Numbered from the stretch's first letter, positions 30,026-40,145 are shown. The stretch: 64,000 nt of DNA from Acidimicrobiaceae bacterium (GCA_003132165.1 PKWW01000027.1:3312-67311), one strand, 5' to 3'. The notes: generated from the sequence alone by a model not told the origin. Numbers and translations: made by a program.

Positions 30026-30146
30026 ACCACCCTCCTCTGCTCCGTCGCGCGCTGAAAAGTCAAGTGATGGCCCCAAGGCACGTGCCCCAGCCTAACGTCG
30101 AACAGCCATTGTCCCATTAGGAGATTGCGCACGAGCGCGCCCCACG

Positions 30147-30522
30147 CGTAACGTCGCGGCTGCCCACATCACGGCAATGAACGTCCCCGCCGCCGCGGGT
30201 CGGCGGTACCTCTGCGCACTCGAAGGAGTGCCCTTGCGCGACATCGCGTTGATCCTGTCGCACCATATACCGCGACCCGGGATTCAAGATCCCGACCGGA
30301 AGAATCCCGAAGCCCCTCCTGCGCATTGCGACGCTCTTCGACCGCGACCTGCGACTGGTCGTCAACGACGTCGGCCAACCCTTTCGAATCGACGCCAGCA
30401 AGACCGTCCATGAATTGGGTTTCGACCCGCGCAACCTCGCCAAGATGACAATCGCCATGGCGGACTCGATGATCCGCTTCGGTGTTGTGCGCGACCGCTC
30501 AGCGCCCATCACGCCACGTTGA
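30147..30522 (+). pseudogene. Truncated, frameshifted NAD-dependent epimerase/aldehyde reductase (DFR-like) C-terminal fragment
   Basis: RNVAAAHITAMNVPAAAGRRYLC...ILSHH, then after one extra base near 30267 YRDPGFKIPTGRIPKPLLRIATLFD...ELGFDPR...ADSMIRFGVV*. Confidence 0.65.
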
Positions 30523-30575
30523 CCATGCGGATCAATGAAGTCGACTGCCACGAACGTGTGCGAGATTGCCAGTCG

Positions 30576-31526
30576 TCAAAGATGAAAGGGCGTAACCATT
30601 GATCGAGCCGACCGGGCGGCTGCCAGCAGTTTCAGGTGGAGCAGCGTCTCGGTCGTGGCGAGAAGTGAATAGTGATTGAACCGGATGCCGACCTGCTCGC
30701 CACGGGCGACTGACGGGGCGATCACCAGCGTCGGAACGCGATTCGACGCCTGGGAATCGTTCTCGTCGAAGGTGATAAACAGCACGAGCGAGGACGTCTG
30801 ATACTGCGGACTGGCCAGAATGGTGGGCACCAACTGTCGGAGCCATGCGTCGCCCACTCCAACAGCGCAACTGTGCATGTCGTCGCAGATGTTCGGAGCG
30901 ATGAAAGTGAAAGCGGCACTCAAATCGAGCGGCTGGGTCAACGCAATATCGTCAACGCGACAGGCCCTCGCGACGTTCAGGAAGTACACGGCCGGATTGT
31001 GACGTGCCGCGTACTGCCCACTCGTGACGCGATCACACGGCGAAGGCATCGACTCGGCGAACGCACGCCAGTTGGAGCCGAGCTCGGAGAAGATGCTCGG
31101 CGCACGAAGAGGATGTGCACTCGGCTCGTTATCATCAGTAATCCCCTGCGTCGAACCCGAGGTCATGGCCACGTAGTTCGGAAGGCTCGGGTGCGCGATG
31201 GCGTCGTAGTTGGTAGCCAGTCCACACGCCGAGGCGAGTCCGTTCAGATACCGAGCACTCGGTGAACCAATCACGGAATAGCCCACGTTCTCGAGGACGA
31301 TCCACACGACATGCTCGTAGTTCGTCGTGGTCGCGACCGAGCACGGAGACGAGGGAGATATTGCCAGTTTGGCCCCGGCGTTGAAAACTGGAATAATTGA
31401 AGCCGCGGCAGTGAGCAGAAGAATCAGGGCCAGCCGCCACCTTCGAGTGAACACAGCCCATCTTGACAACGGAGATCTCGAGGCGGAATCACGTTTGTGC
31501 AACGCCAGCCCCCTGGTAAGTCGCAT
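30576..31526 (-). CDS. Secreted phosphoesterase (alkaline phosphatase superfamily)
   Basis: Signal peptide; HVVWIVLEN, HPSLPNY, RHNP, NICDDMH, FITFDE, NHYSLL. Confidence 0.88.
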   Translation of the reverse strand: MRLTRGLALHKRDSASRSPLSRWAVFTRRWRLALILLLTAAASIIPVFNAGAKLAISPSSPCSVATTTNYEHVVWIVLENVGYSVIGSPSARYLNGLASACGLATNYDAIAHPSLPNYVAMTSGSTQGITDDNEPSAHPLRAPSIFSELGSNWRAFAESMPSPCDRVTSGQYAARHNPAVYFLNVARACRVDDIALTQPLDLSAAFTFIAPNICDDMHSCAVGVGDAWLRQLVPTILASPQYQTSSLVLFITFDENDSQASNRVPTLVIAPSVARGEQVGIRFNHYSLLATTETLLHLKLLAAARSARSMVTPFHL

Positions 31527-31529
31527 GGG

Positions 31530-31691
31530 CTACTTCGCCGCGTTACGAATTGCCGCAACAATCCGCAGCGCTTCGAGCATCCCCTGCGCGAAGCCGTTCT
31601 CGAAATCGCTTTGGCGCGCAAGCGACAACTTCAAATGGTGCTGCGACTCGTGTTGCAATTGATAGAACGCTTCGTCAATCTTTGGGCTCAC
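31530..31691 (-). CDS. Small hypothetical protein, 53 aa
   Basis: GAGGAG RBS ahead of a GTG; plausible helical sequence MSPKIDEAFYQLQHESQHHLKL... Confidence 0.45.
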   Translation of the reverse strand: MSPKIDEAFYQLQHESQHHLKLSLARQSDFENGFAQGMLEALRIVAAIRNAAK

Positions 31692-31830
31692 GTCGTTCTC
31701 CTCAACATTGTTCGCTGACGACAACGCTATTGGCAACGCGTGATGGAATCGTGACTTCTGCGCGACAATGGCAGCACGCCCTTCACGGCGGAGACCAATC
31801 TGACATCACCCCGCGTGAGGAAGTGGATCC

Positions 31831-32142
31831 TCAGACCTCTTTGCCCTCGTTCGTCACTTCGTCAGCCAAGGCCGCGTAGCCGGCCGCGGTCAACATTCGT
31901 CGCAAATCGACGACTTGTTGAACCTCGATGTCCTTGTGGCGGGGTCGCGTGAATATTTGCTCCTCGCCACCCACGAGGACACGAAAACTTCCCTCGTGGA
32001 TCTCCTCAGCCGTGCCGACCGCCTCAAGCAATGACACGACCGCTTTCCAGTCGATGTTATGGCTCGTTGGATGCTGGAAAATCGACACCAGAGTGTCACG
32101 ATGGTGGTTGTTCAAGTGAATGGGTAAATTGTTTTCGGGCAT
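31831..32142 (-). CDS. HicA-like family protein
   Basis: NNHHRDTLVSIFQHPTSHNIDW..V.SLLEAVG and FTRPRHKD..QQVVDLRRML pattern; GAGGAG RBS. Confidence 0.7.
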   Translation of the reverse strand: MPENNLPIHLNNHHRDTLVSIFQHPTSHNIDWKAVVSLLEAVGTAEEIHEGSFRVLVGGEEQIFTRPRHKDIEVQQVVDLRRMLTAAGYAALADEVTNEGKEV

Positions 32143-32373
32143 ACATCTCCTCTCGCAACCCCACCCTAAACCAGACGAACTCGACCCGTGCAGGGACTTA
32201 CGCCACAATCCGTAATCGGGTTGCGTTCAACCAACGGTGAGACAGCCGACACCGGATTCGAGAAGCGGCCGCGTGAACAGTGTTGTGAATCGGCCCTGAC
32301 GGAATACGTAGCGGTCGGTCCGACGTACTATTCAAAGAGGGGACACGTAACCGGCGACAAGCGAACGGCACAC

Positions 32374-33453
32374 ATGGACCACGGAAATTCAAATCACAAT
32401 GGGACTTCAGCTGCAACAAGTCCTCAGCATTTCTGGGCCGAGTGGCGCGACGCTGTCGAACCCCGTACGGTGGCCCTGATCGTCGGCGTGCTGTTCCTTC
32501 AGCTCGGCTTCATCCTCTCCTACGTCGGCGCATTTCACGCGCCCAAGCCACACGAGATACCGGTCGTCGTCGTCGCGCCAACGTCCTACTCCACCAAGAT
32601 CATCGCGGAGCTGAATGGTCTGACGACATCCCCCTTGAAGGCGCGCGTCGTCAGCAGCGTCTCCGTGGCGAAGAAAGGAATTCGCACCGACCAGACGTCG
32701 GCGGTGTTCATCTTCAACCCCCAGTCCAGGACCGACAAGCTCCTGGTCACCACGGCCGGCGGGTCTGCCGTCGTCAAGGCCGTGACCACGGTAGTCACCC
32801 AATTTGAGACGGCCCAAAGCCGGTCGGTCAGTGTCATTGATCTAGTCCCCGGCCAGTCAGGCGATCAGAGTGGTCTCGCCGGTTTCTATCTCGTGATTGG
32901 TTGGATTGTGGGCGGCTATCTCGTTGCATCACTGCTCGGGGTCGCGAGAGGTTCGAGACCCGCGAACCGGCGAAGGGCGATCTTCCGCTTGGGGGCAATT
33001 ATCCCCTACGCGTTGCTCTCGGGGCTCGGTGGCGCACTCGTCGTGGACCAGTTGCTCAACGCCCTCACCGGCCACTTCGTCGCCCTCTGGTTGCTCGGTG
33101 CGCTGCTCGTCGCATCGGCGGCGACGGTCACCATGGCCTTCCAAGTTCTCTTCGGCGTCTTCGGCATCGGCGTCACGGTGCTGCTCTTCGTGATCCTTGG
33201 CAATCCCTCGGCGGGCGGCGCCTACCAACCGTCAGTGCTGCCCCCGTTCTGGCGAACTCTCTCGGGCGCACTGCCGAACGGAGCGGGCACCGACGCCGTT
33301 CGCAGAATCGTCTACTTCGGCGCCAACGGCATCGGCGGGAACCTCGTGGTCATCAGCCTGTACGTCGTCGGAGGCGTATTCGCGACAATCGTAGGAACAC
33401 ATTTTCATCATCGCAGGACAACGCGCCTCGAACAGTTGCCCTCGACGGCGTAG
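32374..33453 (+). CDS. DUF3533 / ABC-2-like membrane protein
   Basis: FILSYVGAFHAPKPH, extracytoplasmic loop, LGNPSAGGAY, LPNGAG. Confidence 0.82.
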   Translation: MDHGNSNHNGTSAATSPQHFWAEWRDAVEPRTVALIVGVLFLQLGFILSYVGAFHAPKPHEIPVVVVAPTSYSTKIIAELNGLTTSPLKARVVSSVSVAKKGIRTDQTSAVFIFNPQSRTDKLLVTTAGGSAVVKAVTTVVTQFETAQSRSVSVIDLVPGQSGDQSGLAGFYLVIGWIVGGYLVASLLGVARGSRPANRRRAIFRLGAIIPYALLSGLGGALVVDQLLNALTGHFVALWLLGALLVASAATVTMAFQVLFGVFGIGVTVLLFVILGNPSAGGAYQPSVLPPFWRTLSGALPNGAGTDAVRRIVYFGANGIGGNLVVISLYVVGGVFATIVGTHFHHRRTTRLEQLPSTA

Positions 33454-33488
33454 GGCTTCGACTCTAGGCCACCGCTAGGCTCGCCGCG

Positions 33489-34322
33489 ATGACGCCGATA
33501 CCGGAAGTGACCCTTATCGCCGCGACGGTCTGTGCCCTTGCGTGGGTCGCGTCGCTGATCACCGGAGACACGTCGTGGGTCGACAGAATCTGGTCAATCG
33601 TCCCCGCGGTCTACGTGTGGGTCTTCGCCCTGTTCGCCCACCTGGACAATCAGCGTCTCGACGTCATGGCCATCGCCGTCACCGTCTGGGGAGCACGCCT
33701 GACGTTCAATTTCGCGAGAAGGGGCGGCTATTCCGGTGTCGAGGACTATCGCTGGTCAGTGTTGAGGGCATCGATGCCACGCTGGCAGTTCCAACTGTTC
33801 AACTTCTTCTTCATCGTGCTCTACCAGAACTTCCTACTGGTCCTCATCGCGATGCCGGCGTACACGGCCTACCAGCACCGCGGCACCTCTTTCAGTTTCC
33901 TCGACCTGGTACTCGTCGCGATCTTCCTTGCCTGCACCCTGGGTGAGACAATCGCCGACCAGCAGCAATGGAACTTCCAATCGAACAAGCACCGTGAGAT
34001 CGCCGCCGGTCGCGTACCCGCCGAGCAGTTCCTTCAGACGGGGCTCTTTCGATACTCGCGCCATCCCAACTACTTCTTCGAACTCGCGCAGTGGTGGCTC
34101 GTCTTTCTCTTGGGGGCCGTGGCCGCCCGCTCGGTGATGGAGTGGACCGTCATCGGGGTGGTGCTGCTTACCGCGCTCTTCATCGGCTCCACGAGCTTCA
34201 CCGAGAAGATCACCCTCTCGAAGTACCCCGAGTACTCGTTGTATCAACAACGGACGTCCGCCGTCATCCCATGGTCGCCGCGACGGCAGCGTCGAACCGC
34301 CGAAGCCTTCGACGCCGAATAG
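33489..34322 (+). CDS. DUF1295 family membrane protein (steroid 5-alpha-reductase-like)
   Basis: SWVDRIWS, WGARLT, EDYRW, ETIADQQQ, GLFRYSRHPNYF. Confidence 0.88.
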   Translation: MTPIPEVTLIAATVCALAWVASLITGDTSWVDRIWSIVPAVYVWVFALFAHLDNQRLDVMAIAVTVWGARLTFNFARRGGYSGVEDYRWSVLRASMPRWQFQLFNFFFIVLYQNFLLVLIAMPAYTAYQHRGTSFSFLDLVLVAIFLACTLGETIADQQQWNFQSNKHREIAAGRVPAEQFLQTGLFRYSRHPNYFFELAQWWLVFLLGAVAARSVMEWTVIGVVLLTALFIGSTSFTEKITLSKYPEYSLYQQRTSAVIPWSPRRQRRTAEAFDAE

Positions 34323-34613
34323 CCATCACGCCCACTGGATGATCGGCTTCGCCTCGCTCGAATGCGTGAGGCTCGTTGTTCTAGGAACTGGGATCGTGCA
34401 CGAGTGCCGTTACTCATCCGTGGTGCGTCCCCGACATCATTCGTCTTAATCCGATCACGCAATCGTGGCGGGGTTATCACGATCTTGAAGCCCGTAATGG
34501 GTATGGTCGCTGGTGAAGTTTGCATTTGTCCCCGGTGGCTATACTTGAGGCCCTTGTTAATTTCGAGCGATACTGCCCGTAGCGGACGCTCCCCCAGCTG
34601 AGAGGAACCCGCG

Positions 34614-35858
34614 ATGAACCCCTTTGAGGAACTCGAGTCGAACGTCCGCTATTACTGTCGCCGGTGGCCGGCCGTGTTCTCGACCGCCAATGGCTCGACC
34701 ATCGTCGACGAGGACGGCAACGAATACCTGGACTTCTTCGCGGGCGCGGGGGCTCTCTCCTACGGGCACAACAATCCCGTACTGGTGGAGGTCGCCATCG
34801 AGCACCTGCGCGCCGGCAAGATCCTGCACAGCCTGGACACGTTCACGGTGGAAAAGCGCCGTTTCCTCGAATCGATGCAGCGCCACGTGCTCGCGCCACG
34901 CCACCTCGATATGGTCGTCCAGACCGTCGGACCGACCGGCGCCACCGCCGTCGAGGCCGCGTTGCAGCTGGCCCAACGGATCACCGGGAATCGGGCCGTC
35001 GTCGGCTTCGCCGGTAGTTACCACGGCATGACCTACCGCACGGCCTCAATCTCGGCCTCGATGTCCGGACGCGCGACCAGCGCACACCTGAAGGAATTCG
35101 TCGCGCTGCCCTTTGTTGAGAACGTGACCGAGTCCGACATCGAACTGCTGGACGCGACCCTGCGCTCGACGATCGACGGCCAGCGAATCGGGGCCGTCAT
35201 CATCGAGCCCACACAGGGCGAGGGCGGCGCGCGGCCGTTCGACCCCGCGTACTTGCGCGCCATTCGAGAGCGCTGCAGCGAGCTCGGCGTGCTCGTCATC
35301 GCCGACGAGGTGCAGGCCGGTGTCGGACGAACCGGCTCCTTCTTCTCCTTTGAGAGTTCCGCCCTCGATCCCGACATTATCTGTGTCTCCAAGTCGATCA
35401 GTGGGCTGGGCCTTCCCATGGCGCTCAACCTGGTTCGTCGAAACTTTGACACCTGGGCGCCCGGCGAGTTCTCGGGAACCTTCCGTGGCAACAACCTGGC
35501 CTTCGCCACATCGGCGACGATGCTCGAGACCTACTGGGCCGACTCCAACCTCGAGAAGGGGACCGAGCAGCGCGGGCTCATGGTGCGCGCGGCGCTCGAA
35601 GAGATGTCCGTGCAGTTCGGCGACAGCGACTTCGTCGTTCGCGGCAATGGGCTGCTCTGCGGTTTGGACGTCGGCGACACGAAGCTCGCTGCCGACATCG
35701 CCGAGGCGGCATTCACGCGCAAGCTCATCGTCGAGACCTGCGGCGCTGGTGACACCACGGTCAAACTGCTCCCTCCTCTCGTGATCGATGAGGAGCAGCT
35801 CGCCGACGGGCTCGCACGACTTGGTGAAGCGGTCGCGCAGGCAACCTCCGCACGTTGA
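34614..35858 (+). CDS. dat: Diaminobutyrate--2-oxoglutarate transaminase (Dat/EctB family)
   Basis: ESNVRYYCRRWP, DFFAGAGALSYGHNNP, ADEVQAG, SKSISG, GTFRGNNLAF. Confidence 0.88.
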   Translation: MNPFEELESNVRYYCRRWPAVFSTANGSTIVDEDGNEYLDFFAGAGALSYGHNNPVLVEVAIEHLRAGKILHSLDTFTVEKRRFLESMQRHVLAPRHLDMVVQTVGPTGATAVEAALQLAQRITGNRAVVGFAGSYHGMTYRTASISASMSGRATSAHLKEFVALPFVENVTESDIELLDATLRSTIDGQRIGAVIIEPTQGEGGARPFDPAYLRAIRERCSELGVLVIADEVQAGVGRTGSFFSFESSALDPDIICVSKSISGLGLPMALNLVRRNFDTWAPGEFSGTFRGNNLAFATSATMLETYWADSNLEKGTEQRGLMVRAALEEMSVQFGDSDFVVRGNGLLCGLDVGDTKLAADIAEAAFTRKLIVETCGAGDTTVKLLPPLVIDEEQLADGLARLGEAVAQATSAR

Positions 35859-37300
35859 ACGATATTCCGGACTGGCGCAATCTGGTCGTCACACTCGATG
35901 ACGATGGCTTGACCGCGCTCGCGCGTGGCGTCGACCGTGTGATCGAGAGCCTTCGCTCCGTTGAGGAAGGTCCGAGGTCGAACAGGTCGCCCGACCAACT
36001 GCACGAGTTAGTTACGGGGCTGGAGATATGCCCCGAGGTGGGCATCGCGCTCGAAACGGTCCTCGAGGAGTTGGGTTCCATCGTCTGGGCGAACGGTGTT
36101 GTTCCGAGCGATCCAGCGACGGTCGCCCACCTTCACCCACCGGCCCTGGTGCCGGCGGTGGTGACCGAACTCGCAATCGCCGCGACCAACCAATCAATGG
36201 ACTCGTGGGATCAGGCACCGGCCGCGACCGAGGTGGAACTACACCTGATGCAGTGGCTCGCCAATCTGATCGGCTTGCCTGATTCGGGGTCGGGCGTGAT
36301 GACTTCAGGCGGCACCGCGTCGAACGTCCTCGGCATCACGCTCGCGCGCTCGTGGGCCGCAGCGAAGCTCAGCGTCGATGTCCTGAAGTCCGGATTGCCA
36401 CCACAAGCAGCCGACTGGCGCATCATCTGCTCTAATCAGGCCCACTTCTCGGTACAGCGCGCCGCAGCCCAGCTGGGGCTGGGTCGCGACGCCGTCGTCA
36501 CCGTTGCCACTACCTCATCGGGGTCAATGGACATCGAGGCGCTCGACGCGATGATCGAGGAACTCTCAAGGTTGGGGCTGCACGCCATCGCAGTAGTCGG
36601 TACCGCCGGTACCACGGACCTCGGCGCCCTCGATCCCCTGACTGCAATAGGGGAACGAGCTCGCCAGCACTCAATGTGGTTCCACGTCGACGCTGCCGTG
36701 GGAGGAGCCTTCCTCCTGTCGGGTCGGCTTCGGACCGGACTCGCGGGCATCGAGCTCGCCGATTCGGTCACTATTGACTTCCACAAGCTCTGGTGGCAGC
36801 CGTTCAATGCCAGCGCTCTGGTCGTGCGCGACGTCGAGAGTTTCGATCTGCTGCGCGTGAAGTCGAACTATCTGGACCGCGGCGACGAGCTCGAGGGAAT
36901 GGTCAATCTGGTCGGTCGTTCGCTCGACACCTCGCGACGGTTCGACGCCGCCAAGGTCGTGGCGTCACTTCGCACGCTCGGTCGTCACGCGCTTGGCGAG
37001 ATGCTCGAACACCTCGTCGACCTCGCCCGCTACGCCGCCACCACGATTGACGCGCACCCGAGACTTGAACTCGTGGCACACCCGGCGTCGGTCATGTGCG
37101 TCTTCGATGCCCCTGGTGCCGGTCCCGACGATCTGCGCCGCGTGCAGCAGCACCTACTCGCCCGCGGTGAGATGGTGTTGGGGCGAACGTCGATCAAAGG
37201 TCGGGCAGCTCTCAAGTTCACATTCATGAATCCATTGGCGACAACCGACGATGTGGACCGCCTCATCGCGATCGTCGTGAAGGAACTGGACGCAAACTAG
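35855..37300 (+). CDS. ddc: PLP-dependent group II decarboxylase, probable L-2,4-diaminobutyrate decarboxylase
   Basis: AHLHPP, NQSMDSWDQAPAAT, AGTTDLG, HVDAA, DFHK PLP lysine; 4-bp overlap with dat. Confidence 0.82.
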   Translation: MNDIPDWRNLVVTLDDDGLTALARGVDRVIESLRSVEEGPRSNRSPDQLHELVTGLEICPEVGIALETVLEELGSIVWANGVVPSDPATVAHLHPPALVPAVVTELAIAATNQSMDSWDQAPAATEVELHLMQWLANLIGLPDSGSGVMTSGGTASNVLGITLARSWAAAKLSVDVLKSGLPPQAADWRIICSNQAHFSVQRAAAQLGLGRDAVVTVATTSSGSMDIEALDAMIEELSRLGLHAIAVVGTAGTTDLGALDPLTAIGERARQHSMWFHVDAAVGGAFLLSGRLRTGLAGIELADSVTIDFHKLWWQPFNASALVVRDVESFDLLRVKSNYLDRGDELEGMVNLVGRSLDTSRRFDAAKVVASLRTLGRHALGEMLEHLVDLARYAATTIDAHPRLELVAHPASVMCVFDAPGAGPDDLRRVQQHLLARGEMVLGRTSIKGRAALKFTFMNPLATTDDVDRLIAIVVKELDAN

Positions 37301-37348
37301 CCAGCGAGTTTCCTCGGCCCGCTCAGCCCGCGAACGTGACAACCCGCT

Positions 37349-37735
37349 CTAGCCAAGAAGATCCCATCGATTTCCCAGATAGTCGCGAAAGACCACGACT
37401 TTGCCATAGGTTTCCTCACGCGGCTCGGTCAGCAGTTCGACACCCGCCACCCGCATTCGATCCAGCGTTGCGTCGAAGTCGTCGACCCTCAGAAAGAATC
37501 CGACGCGGTCACCAACTTGGTCGCCGACTCTCGAGCGCTGATGATCACCGTCAGCGCGCGCCAACAAGATCCCCGTGTGCGCGTTCACCGGGCGCACCAC
37601 GACCCATCGCTTGGTCTCGCCGCTCGTCGTTACAGACGGTGAGTCCTCGACCAGCTCAAGACCCAGCACGTCGACGAAGAATTTGATGGCCGAGTCGTAG
37701 TCGTCGACGACAATGCTGAAGAGATCAATGTTCAT
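37349..37735 (-). CDS. VOC/glyoxalase family protein
   Basis: VVDDYDSAIKFF, KRWVVV, YGKVVVFRDYLGNRWDL. Confidence 0.9.
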   Translation of the reverse strand: MNIDLFSIVVDDYDSAIKFFVDVLGLELVEDSPSVTTSGETKRWVVVRPVNAHTGILLARADGDHQRSRVGDQVGDRVGFFLRVDDFDATLDRMRVAGVELLTEPREETYGKVVVFRDYLGNRWDLLG

Positions 37736-37882
37736 CGGAAAGAGGCTAGAGGACGTCCAGCGTCGGCCCGAGATCGTACAGATGACCTTGTGCTCTAGCG
37801 TCGCCCGATCCGGACGGGCCGACGTCCGCAAGACTCCTTACGAGGATGGGAGGTTTGTCATCCTCCTACGAAGCAGGAACGC

Positions 37883-39040
37883 ATGACCACAGCGCACATC
37901 ACATCGGAATCGAGTTCGACCCATCGAGGTCAGTTCGAGAGTCGGCCGCTCTTGGTCTTTTGGGAGATGACCAAGGCGTGCGGCCTCGCCTGCCAGCACT
38001 GTCGCGCCTGCGCTCAACTTGAGCCGGGACCCGATGAGCTCTCGACCGCGGAGGGCTTCGCCCTCATCGACGGCCTCGCCGAGATAGGCCGACCTCGGCC
38101 CATCCTGATTCTCACGGGTGGCGACTGTTTACAACGCGACGATATCGTCGAGATCGCCAGGTACGCCCAAAGTCGACTCGTCCCCGTCGCGATCTCACCC
38201 TCGGTGACATCGAAACTTACGTCAACTCTCCTCGACGAACTGAGGATGTGCGGTGTCCACAGTGCGTCACTGAGCCTCGACGGCTCGAACGCCGTGACCC
38301 ACGACACGCTGCGCGGGATTCCGGGCCACTACGACGCGACACTTGACGCGATCAAGTTATTGAAGCAACACGGCTACACCACCCAGATCAATACGACCGT
38401 GATGTCGAGCAACCTGCACGAACTCGCTGATATCGCAGTCACGATGCACGACTACGGCGTCGACGTCTGGGAGGTCTTCTTTCTCATCTCGATCGGCCGC
38501 GGTAGCGAGGTACTCGAGTCGAGCGCACTCGAGAACGAAGACGTCTGCAACTTCCTCGTCGACGCATCACGCTACGGCTTCACCGTTCGCACGGTCGAGG
38601 CGCCGTTCTTTCGCCGGGTGGCCGCCCAACGAAAACTCCAACTCGACCAGGAGACCACTTTCGAGCACGGTGCCCTGTACGACGAACTCCACGATCGGCT
38701 CATTGAGAAGCTCGGCAAACCGACCGCCCCCGTTCGCGCCCCGAGCGCCGCGACGAGGGACGGCAAGGGGATCATCTTCGTGGCCACCAATGGCGACATC
38801 TACCCGTCGGGCTTCATGCCCTACCGCCTCGGCAACATTCGCGAACAGAAGCTCATCGACGTGTACCGGGAGAATCCGGTCCTTCTCGCCATTCGAGCCG
38901 CCACCTTCGAAGAGCCGTGCGGTTCGTGCGAGTTCGCCCAACTGTGCGGCGGCTCGAGGGCCCGGGCCTACGCGCAGTCGGGTAATCCGCTCGGCGCGGA
39001 CCCGGGTTGTCTCCTGGTGGCGCGAGCGCGCGCGCTCTGA
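37883..39040 (+). CDS. Radical SAM/SPASM protein, TIGR04053-like
   Basis: WEMTKACGLACQHCRA (CxxxCxxC), GDIYPSGFM, CGSC....CGGSRARAY....DPGC. Confidence 0.87.
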   Translation: MTTAHITSESSSTHRGQFESRPLLVFWEMTKACGLACQHCRACAQLEPGPDELSTAEGFALIDGLAEIGRPRPILILTGGDCLQRDDIVEIARYAQSRLVPVAISPSVTSKLTSTLLDELRMCGVHSASLSLDGSNAVTHDTLRGIPGHYDATLDAIKLLKQHGYTTQINTTVMSSNLHELADIAVTMHDYGVDVWEVFFLISIGRGSEVLESSALENEDVCNFLVDASRYGFTVRTVEAPFFRRVAAQRKLQLDQETTFEHGALYDELHDRLIEKLGKPTAPVRAPSAATRDGKGIIFVATNGDIYPSGFMPYRLGNIREQKLIDVYRENPVLLAIRAATFEEPCGSCEFAQLCGGSRARAYAQSGNPLGADPGCLLVARARAL

Positions 39041-39208
39041 AACCTCCCCGTTGGCAACATCGCCGCCGGTGGGGCACCAGTTCGTCCCATAGCTCACGAG
39101 TCGTTCGGTGCAGGTTTCCTGCTCGTTCGTCATTCGCCCACTTGGAGACCACGAATTCCCCAGCACCGGTAAGAAACCGTGGCCCACGAAGGCCCGCATC
39201 TTGACGGC

Positions 39209-40045
39209 TCAGGTCACGTTCATGGTGTCGAGGTCGAGGGACGTGAGGTCGCTACCCATCACGATCAACCCTTCGAATGCGGATGCCAGAGCCCGCCATT
39301 CGTCCTCACTGCCCGGATTGGGTGCGGGCACGTAGTGGGTCATGACCAGCGCCTGGACACCAGCCCGTCGCGCGGTGTCGGCAGCTTGCTCGACGCTCGA
39401 GTGGTAGTCGAGGATGTCCTGAAGTCGGGCGCTCGGAACCTGCTTCACGAGATCGTCGCGGATGACGGTCTGGACGTAAGCGCCCGCACCCTTCACCAAC
39501 TCGTCGAGCGACGCGCACGGAACTCCATCACCGGCGATCACGATGCTCTGTTCGCCGCTTTCGATGCGGTACGCCAGTGACGGCTCCACCGGCCGGTGGT
39601 CAGTCGCTCCGACCAGCACGGTCTCACCGCCGATGGTGAAGGTTTCACCGGGGTGCACCTCGAGCACCTCAAGAAGTGGCCCTTCGTTCAGATCCGCGTG
39701 GTGATCGATCCGGTAGCCAATGTCGACACGCAGTGATGCGAGCGTTGCCTCGACGAAGTCCATCGTTCCGACGGGTCCGACAATCCTGAGCATCGTCGGA
39801 CCGGGACTCATCACCCAATGCGTGGTGATCACGTCGTTGAGGTCACAGACATGGTCACTGTGCAAGTGAGTCAGGACGACGCCCGACAACATGATGGGCA
39901 ACAATTGCGCGCCCGCGAGTCGCATCACGACTCCCCTGCCGGCGTCGAAGAGGATGTTCGCATGCGTCGTCTGGACGAGGGTGGCGGGACCCGAGCGATC
40001 GGGATTGGGGAGAGGAGAGCCAGTACCGAGCAGTGTGATCTTCAT
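39209..40045 (-). CDS. MBL-fold metallohydrolase, RNase Z/BN-like
   Basis: LLGTGSP, THLHSDH, AGD, THYVP. Confidence 0.85.
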   Translation of the reverse strand: MKITLLGTGSPLPNPDRSGPATLVQTTHANILFDAGRGVVMRLAGAQLLPIMLSGVVLTHLHSDHVCDLNDVITTHWVMSPGPTMLRIVGPVGTMDFVEATLASLRVDIGYRIDHHADLNEGPLLEVLEVHPGETFTIGGETVLVGATDHRPVEPSLAYRIESGEQSIVIAGDGVPCASLDELVKGAGAYVQTVIRDDLVKQVPSARLQDILDYHSSVEQAADTARRAGVQALVMTHYVPAPNPGSEDEWRALASAFEGLIVMGSDLTSLDLDTMNVT

Positions 40046-40145
40046 GGGACTCCAAACGGGATAGAGACGAAAACTAGCAACAACCCGCCTAATAGCGCCG
40101 TGAATTGCGTGGGCGGGCTCGTCGCAGAGTCAGTACATTGGTGCC

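Noticed and set aside
34614-35858. Ectoine biosynthesis cluster
   Set aside because: No ectA or ectC; the partner is a decarboxylase, which points to diaminopropane.
37803-37835. CCGATCC-N16-GCAA upstream of the radical SAM gene as a third ECF promoter
   Set aside because: The -10 box lacks GTA and the spacing differs.
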